Assembly: GCF_025526975.1 (NCBI RefSeq)
Contig: NW_026515686.1
Coordinates: forward strand, 186,001 to 250,000
Length of the DNA stretch: 64,000 nucleotides
Reading direction: 5' to 3'
Origin: Fimicolochytrium jonesii
Lineage: Eukaryota
Shown in pieces: positions 57,893 through 64,000 of the stretch (positions are counted from its first letter, which is position 1; every line of letters begins with the position of its first letter). Below the pieces are notes generated by a model, which had not been told where the DNA came from, did no database searches, and was given only the letters and a program-made list of their open reading frames with translations. The position numbers and the translations under genes are program-made.

Positions 57893-60800
57893 TGTAATGT
57901 GGAGTGTCCGGTCTTATTGGAGAACGACACGCCGCGTCTGTGAAAGACCAGTGTTCTCCAGTGGCCTCCGACCTCATGGGTACTTTAACAGTGCTCGTCG
58001 CGCGTTCCTATGCACAAAAAGTAGTTCTTCTACTACATATCACATGACAGAGCCGGCGAACTCCCAGTCCGTCTACAATACCTTACAGCAAAGTAGTGAT
58101 TGTGTACGAACATCAGTTATACAACCCGTGTGGAAAGTAGTCCACATCACATGGTAGCACCACTCGTTTTGAGCATCTCGAAATTGCAGACGTAGCAATC
58201 GTCACAGAACGCCAATACAATCATTCTAGACGATTCAAATAGCTTTCGGGCGTCCAGGACAACGTCCACCACAACTCCTGAAGCCTCTAGTGCGCTATAG
58301 TCGAAAAGCGCCGACCTCTAGGTTATTTACCTAGGTGAACGACCGATACGTCGCAACCACCTCACTTTTTTTACCTGGATGGTTAGACAAACCTCCGTAA
58401 CTCACAGTTCGCCATCCATATCTTACTCTTTTGGAATATCGACCCCTTGAGAGTATTCGTTCAATGGTCGACACATAGTCAACATAAACGCGTGTTTACT
58501 AGTAGCCAATTGGTAACCCGTCCACGGATCGGAAATCTACCCCAGTAATTCGATCTCCTTCAGACTCGGAAACCTCGTAGAGCACACTGAGCTTGAAGAC
58601 TTGTGAAAGTTTCAAAGAGATTGGACCTACGGATACGGAGATATCGAAAAATGCGCTAAATCGTTGCCACTATAACCTCCGTGTAGCAAAACTATCACAG
58701 TTTTGAGAGAAACGACCCCCGATCAAGTTCTTCCCGATCTAGAGAATAATCTTGAATTTACCTGAACGTTTTGGGATTTTTGAATCACTGCACAACAAGT
58801 TATCCGTCATCGCCTTCGTCGTTAATTCGATACTTAAGCGAAAACGGGCGGATAGGAAAAGTCTTTCAGTTTTGGGACAGAGCTAAGCCGGTAGTGTTCT
58901 TCTTGATCCTCTCAAAGGCCTCTTTAAACTGATAGGTTCAGATCCTCTCTAGGATCAACGTAGCCAAAACCCGCCAACATCGGACACGGTGGATTTTGGG
59001 GATTTTTCGCTCAAAAAGAGGGAAAATCTATGCCCGAATTTGGTTATTGCATACGGCATATACCTGATTCGAAAATGTAGTTGTTTGTGTGTATTTGCTT
59101 GAGGTACTGAGCTATACAACATCAACGGAGTACTTCTGTCCGCATTCTGGACATATTCGTCGTTGTTTGAGGTTATTCAACCTGAAAACAAGATTACACT
59201 GGCCAGAAGGTCGTCATGAGTACATCAACGGGTAGTACAGTTATCACGCGTGAGGAAACTACTCCTGGAGGTACAGCTGTTATTACTGAGATTGTTGAGG
59301 AGCCAGAGACTTCAGTGGACAAACCTCGTGTTGAAGTTCGCCTTCCTCCTCGAACGACGGGCCCTGTTCCAATGGAGGGTATCCAAGTCGGTGGACCTCC
59401 TCCACCTCCTCCTGGCCACCCGCCCGCTGCGGCTATGTTGACGATCTCCGTTGAGGAGCTTAATGCCCGAATGAAGGCGGCTGCGGCTGCCGCTCGAGAA
59501 GAAGTTCGCAACACGCCGAGGAACATCAAGCTCGACAGGAACGTTTGCAAGCTACGTTGGAGCGTGACTCCGCAATGCGCCGTGATGTGCTGCAGGATGG
59601 GTCCGTGGATCCGTTCTATATCAAGCAGCGTAGACATCATGGCACATGGATCTCGCAGCATCCGTTTAATGGCAAACGGCGCGAGGCCGCTTTTGTCGAC
59701 ACGTTTTTGCAGAACCATACGGACTTCATGGTTACTTTTGGTCTTCCGATTGACGACTTTAAGTACATGCAGAAGGTATCTAGCTCGCGTGAAGGCGACG
59801 CACGTACCTGGTTCGACACCGCATGCAGACTTGACATGTGGAAAGAGGATTTTGAAACGGCTTTCAAACTAGCCTTTTATCCTACGAACGCGAAAACCAA
59901 CACGCTCAATGCTCTGCACCGAAGGACTTTCCATAAGTCGATGGATTCATATGTGACGGAGTTCAAACGTATCGTTGCCGAGGCAAAGCGCAACCTGGAG
60001 GTTATCACCCCTGACGATTTGAAAAATCTGTTCCTTTGTGGTCTTACTCGCGATAGGACCAACACCGTCGGCTATGAGATTGCCCAATTGTTGTTGCATA
60101 CGATGGTCGATTATAGGGAGCAACACCCTCTGCTCGCATTTCCATTGATTCGTTTGATGGATCGTGCGCTTAGTTCGTTTGCTGTACGTCGTCTCGCTGA
60201 TAAAGGAACCGACGCAAACAATAAAGTGGTTGCTTCTGGTAGTAGTGCGCCTAAACGTGCTAATGTCTCCTCTGCCGCGGGTACTGCGGGCAAGAAGGGG
60301 GGGAAAGCTAAGAAGGCGTAAGCTGCTAAACCTTACGCACGCCCAGACCTCTCGCACATGAAGTGTTTCGATTGTGGCGAGATGGGTCATCGTGCGTGAG
60401 ATTGTCCTGAAAAGAAAAAGGATAAGAAGTCCAACAAGGCTAAGGATAAGCCGCGTTGGGATGCTGGTCAGAAGAAGGGTTTTCAGTAGAGACGTTTAAC
60501 AAAGACACCGTTTATTCGTCTCATTGTGCAATGGTGTCCATTGAAGAGGAACTTGAGGCTATACGCCCTGAGTCCGCTGATGGTATACTGGTTGATTGTA
60601 GCAATACGTCTGCTGCGGGGGCGCGCCTGTGCCGGCCAGACGACACTGAAACCATTTTGAAGACTAGGCCTGAAGCACTGCAACTGCAACCCGATGCGTT
60701 GATCGCACGATGTGCATTTGTAGTTCATGGCCAGTTGAATGGCAAGTTTTGTCGTATTCTGATCGATACGGGATGCACAACACTGATGGTACGTCATGGA

Positions 60801-63800
60801 TGGGTGTCGAAACATGGTTTCCAGACCTATAACGCTAAAATGCCCATCGATGTTGCCTGGGGCGATGACGGCCATACATTCAACACCAACAAGTTATTTT
60901 GTGGCGACCTACAGTTGTGGGGAGATGGACGACACTATTCCAGAGAACAGCTTCCATTTGTGGTTGCTCCTCTGCGGGTAGATGTTATTCTCGGATTGCC
61001 ATGGATCTATATGCTTGACGATGTTCGTTTCGAGCATGTAGAGGATGAGATTCCTGTTCTACGATTCCGTGCAGATGAAGTTGAACATTCCCTGGTTGCC
61101 AGACCAGTAACTAGGAAATGGGAATCCCAGTCGCCCAAGTCTGAACGATTCAAGGCGGCGATGCCTGAATGAGAAGACCCGAGTGCAGGGGTTGTAACTT
61201 ATCAGAAGTTCACTCGCTTATCTCGAAAAAAGGTGTATGGGAAGTGTTACATAGCATATGCTATGGACATGGAAGCTGCAGTGAATGCGTCACCAGCTTA
61301 TGTCCCCGCAGATGAGCGCAATTGCGCCGAACCAGAGCCAGAGGTTCAGATGTGCGAAGCTACAGGACAGAAGGTTGATTTGGGCGTGCCATCGGATCAC
61401 CTTCTATAACCAAGGTTGGAGAAGTACGTGGATAGTTTGTTTGTTGAGCACGCAGAGTTGCCGCCCGATTGAGGTGAAGATAACTTCTATATCGAGCTGG
61501 AGCCTGGTACGAAACCAGTCTTTAATCCTTTACGACATATGAGCGAAGCCGAACTCAAAGAGCTGAATGAGAAGGTTACTCTCATGCTTGAGCGCGGTTG
61601 GATTCAGCACTCGCAGAGCCCGTGGGGCGCCGCCGTGTTATTCGCTAAGAAAAAGGATGGCAGTCTCCGTATGCGCATCGACTATCGTGGGCTGAATAGA
61701 GCAACGATAAAGGACCGTACGCCCATACCAAATCTTGCAGAGATGCGGGGTCGGGTACGTGGAAAGATGTTCGAGTCTTTGTTGGATATCAAAGATGCGT
61801 ATCACCGCCTCTTGGTTTGCAAGGCTGATAGAGACAAAACAGTGTTTCGGACGCGGTTTGGTCATTTTGAGTACTTGGTTATGCCATTTGGGTTGACAAA
61901 TGCGCCAGGAACGTTCCAACGGTTAACCAATAAGATATTGGGGAAGATGTACGATGCGTATGTCATATCTTACCTGGATGATATCTTAATCTTCTCGGAA
62001 ACGGCCGAGGAGCATATTGCTCATGTAAACAGCGTTTTGGCTGTTCTCGCTGAGCATAAACTCTATGCTAAGCCGTCCAAGTGCAAATGGATGCAGAAAG
62101 AGCTTGAATTCTGTGGCCATCTCTTAGGCGAAGATACGATGGCCATTGCACCCTCGAAATTGGACGCCGTGCAGAACTTTGCACGCCCTACAAAGCAGAA
62201 AGAGGTCCAATCTTTCTTAGGGTTAACAAATTATTTGAGTCAATACTTCGATCGTTATGCATACATCGCGTATCCATTGACAGAGCTACAGTTGGGCAAA
62301 AGGCCTTGGCACTGGCGCAATGTCGACGAGACGGCTTCTGTTAAGCTGAAGGAAGCTATTATTACAGCTTCTATGCTCGCGTCTTACGACCCGGAGCGAC
62401 ATTATACATGTTCACGGATGCATCGGGTTTTGCAATAGGAGGATGGCTCGCCCAGCCGGCGGATCCATCGGAGCACTACCCATCACCGTTGCCTACCTCA
62501 GTGAAGGGATTTAAGAATCTACCACCGTTAAAGTCGATAGCTTTCTTTGGGCAGAAGATGCAACCCGCTGAAACACGTTACCCCGTGCACGAACAAGAGC
62601 TATTAGCTTTAGTTAGCATATGCAAGGCGAATAGGCCTTACTTGCAGGATTGGACAAATGATCGCCCGTTTTGTGCGTTCACCGATGACGCTAGTTTGGT
62701 CTGGCTGCAGACACAGCCCTTCCTGAGCCATTGCCAAGCACGATGGGTTGAATCCCTGCAACAATTCAAATTTGATATTGAATATCAACCTGGTCGTTGG
62801 AACACCGTTGCGGATGTGTTGAGCTGTAATCCATATTACGCGGAGCGCCGAGTGCAACAAGCAAGTGGAAATCGCTGCGACCATGGGGATGTCCGTTGAG
62901 TATATTCCTTTAGGGAATGTTACGCTTGAAGATTGGATACGAACCTTGGCGGCTGATGAGTACCTCGCTTTGCGGAGAGAGGCGTTGTCACAGCCAAAGG
63001 AACGACAGTCTACATTCGATCGCCGTTTTTCGATCGATGACTATGGTTGTTTACTGTACCACGATAAGTTCTATGTGCCAGCTGCTTTACGAGGAACTGT
63101 ATTGCAGGCGTACCACGACTCGTTGCTCTCTGGCTCGCATATGGGGGTACAAGGTACATTGGGCAAGCTCCTACGTGAGTTTTACTCGCCCGATATCGAC
63201 GCGGACGTGCGAGGGTACATCAAGACTTGTGGGTCTTGCCAAAGGTGCAAGTTGCCAAACAATAATCGTGTTGGCTTACTTTGTTTGCTCCCAGTTCCCG
63301 ACCAACGTTGGCACACGATGGGTATGGACCCTGTCTCGATGCCAATAACACGGTCGTGGGGGGGGGAAGGTGCATAGTGATGCGTTCTACGACATTATTA
63401 TTGTCTTCATCGATACTCTGTCAGGGCGCACTACTTTATCCCTGCGAAATCCACGATAACTGCCGAGGAGTTGGCCCAGCTTTACTTCCATGAGGTATGG
63501 CCCCATACAGGTACTGCAGCTGTGATCGTCGGAGATCGAGATCCCCGCTACCTGGCAGACTTCTGGAAGGCGTTTCAATTGTTGTTGGGCTCTAAGCATA
63601 GCTTGAGCACGGCATGACACCAACAGATGGACGGAAAGGTCGAACGGTGTATCTCTATCTTGAAGAAGATGATTAAATCGTACCTTAATGTAACGAGAGA
63701 CGATTGGGTTGACAAACTGCCGATGTTGGAGTTTGCCTACAACCGTACGCAGAACAGCACTGGATACTGCCCTTTCAAGGTTGAGTTGGATAGAATTCCG

Positions 63801-64000
63801 CAGGCGCCAATGCATTGGCAAGTTGACGCAAAGGTGTTGCAACATATGGACGATACGTCGATCCCATTTTTGCATAAGTCACGACGTGAGCTCATCACAC
63901 AGATAGAGAGGCGTGCTGAGGCATACCGATCCATTGAACTCATAGTGCAGCAGAAACTGCGGGAAGCCCAGGACAAACAAGCGAAGTATCACGATTGTGG
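57893..64000 (+). mobile_element. Family B Gypsy copy 2, degenerate; runs off the window end
   Basis: 5' LTR 57893-58151, PBS TGGTAGCAC, gag from 59216 and pol fragments 60477-64000 with stops and frameshifts. Collinear with copy 1. Predicted TSD CTTGT (57888-57892). Confidence 0.95.

Overview
Eukaryotic DNA with short GT-AG introns. IFT172 together with a fungal-type amino-acid permease points to a flagellated, chytrid-like fungus (inference). The left half (1 to ~34 kb) is gene-dense: ALG3 (3' part), a 10-exon ~3800-aa SZT2 (KICSTOR) homologue, a degenerate RhoGAP-like fragment, an amino-acid permease, IFT172, a PX-domain protein and an RRM+YTH protein. The right half (~35.5-64 kb) is a nest of LTR retrotransposons that 5-bp target-site duplications (TSDs) resolve. 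A 5'-truncated Copia carries a solo LTR (D), a young chromovirus (family A) and a family-B chromovirus. It is followed by an inverted second Copia end and a second family-B copy. A three-tier solo-LTR nest sits at 35.5-36.9 kb. The most unusual segment is 'element C' (36909 to ~41239): an LTR plus polypurine tract whose adjacent internal region has no recognisable gag/pol. Instead it encodes a PHD-finger protein, a chromodomain protein and a divergently oriented frame carrying the histone H3 tail motif KQTARK. All calls are by eye, without database searches.
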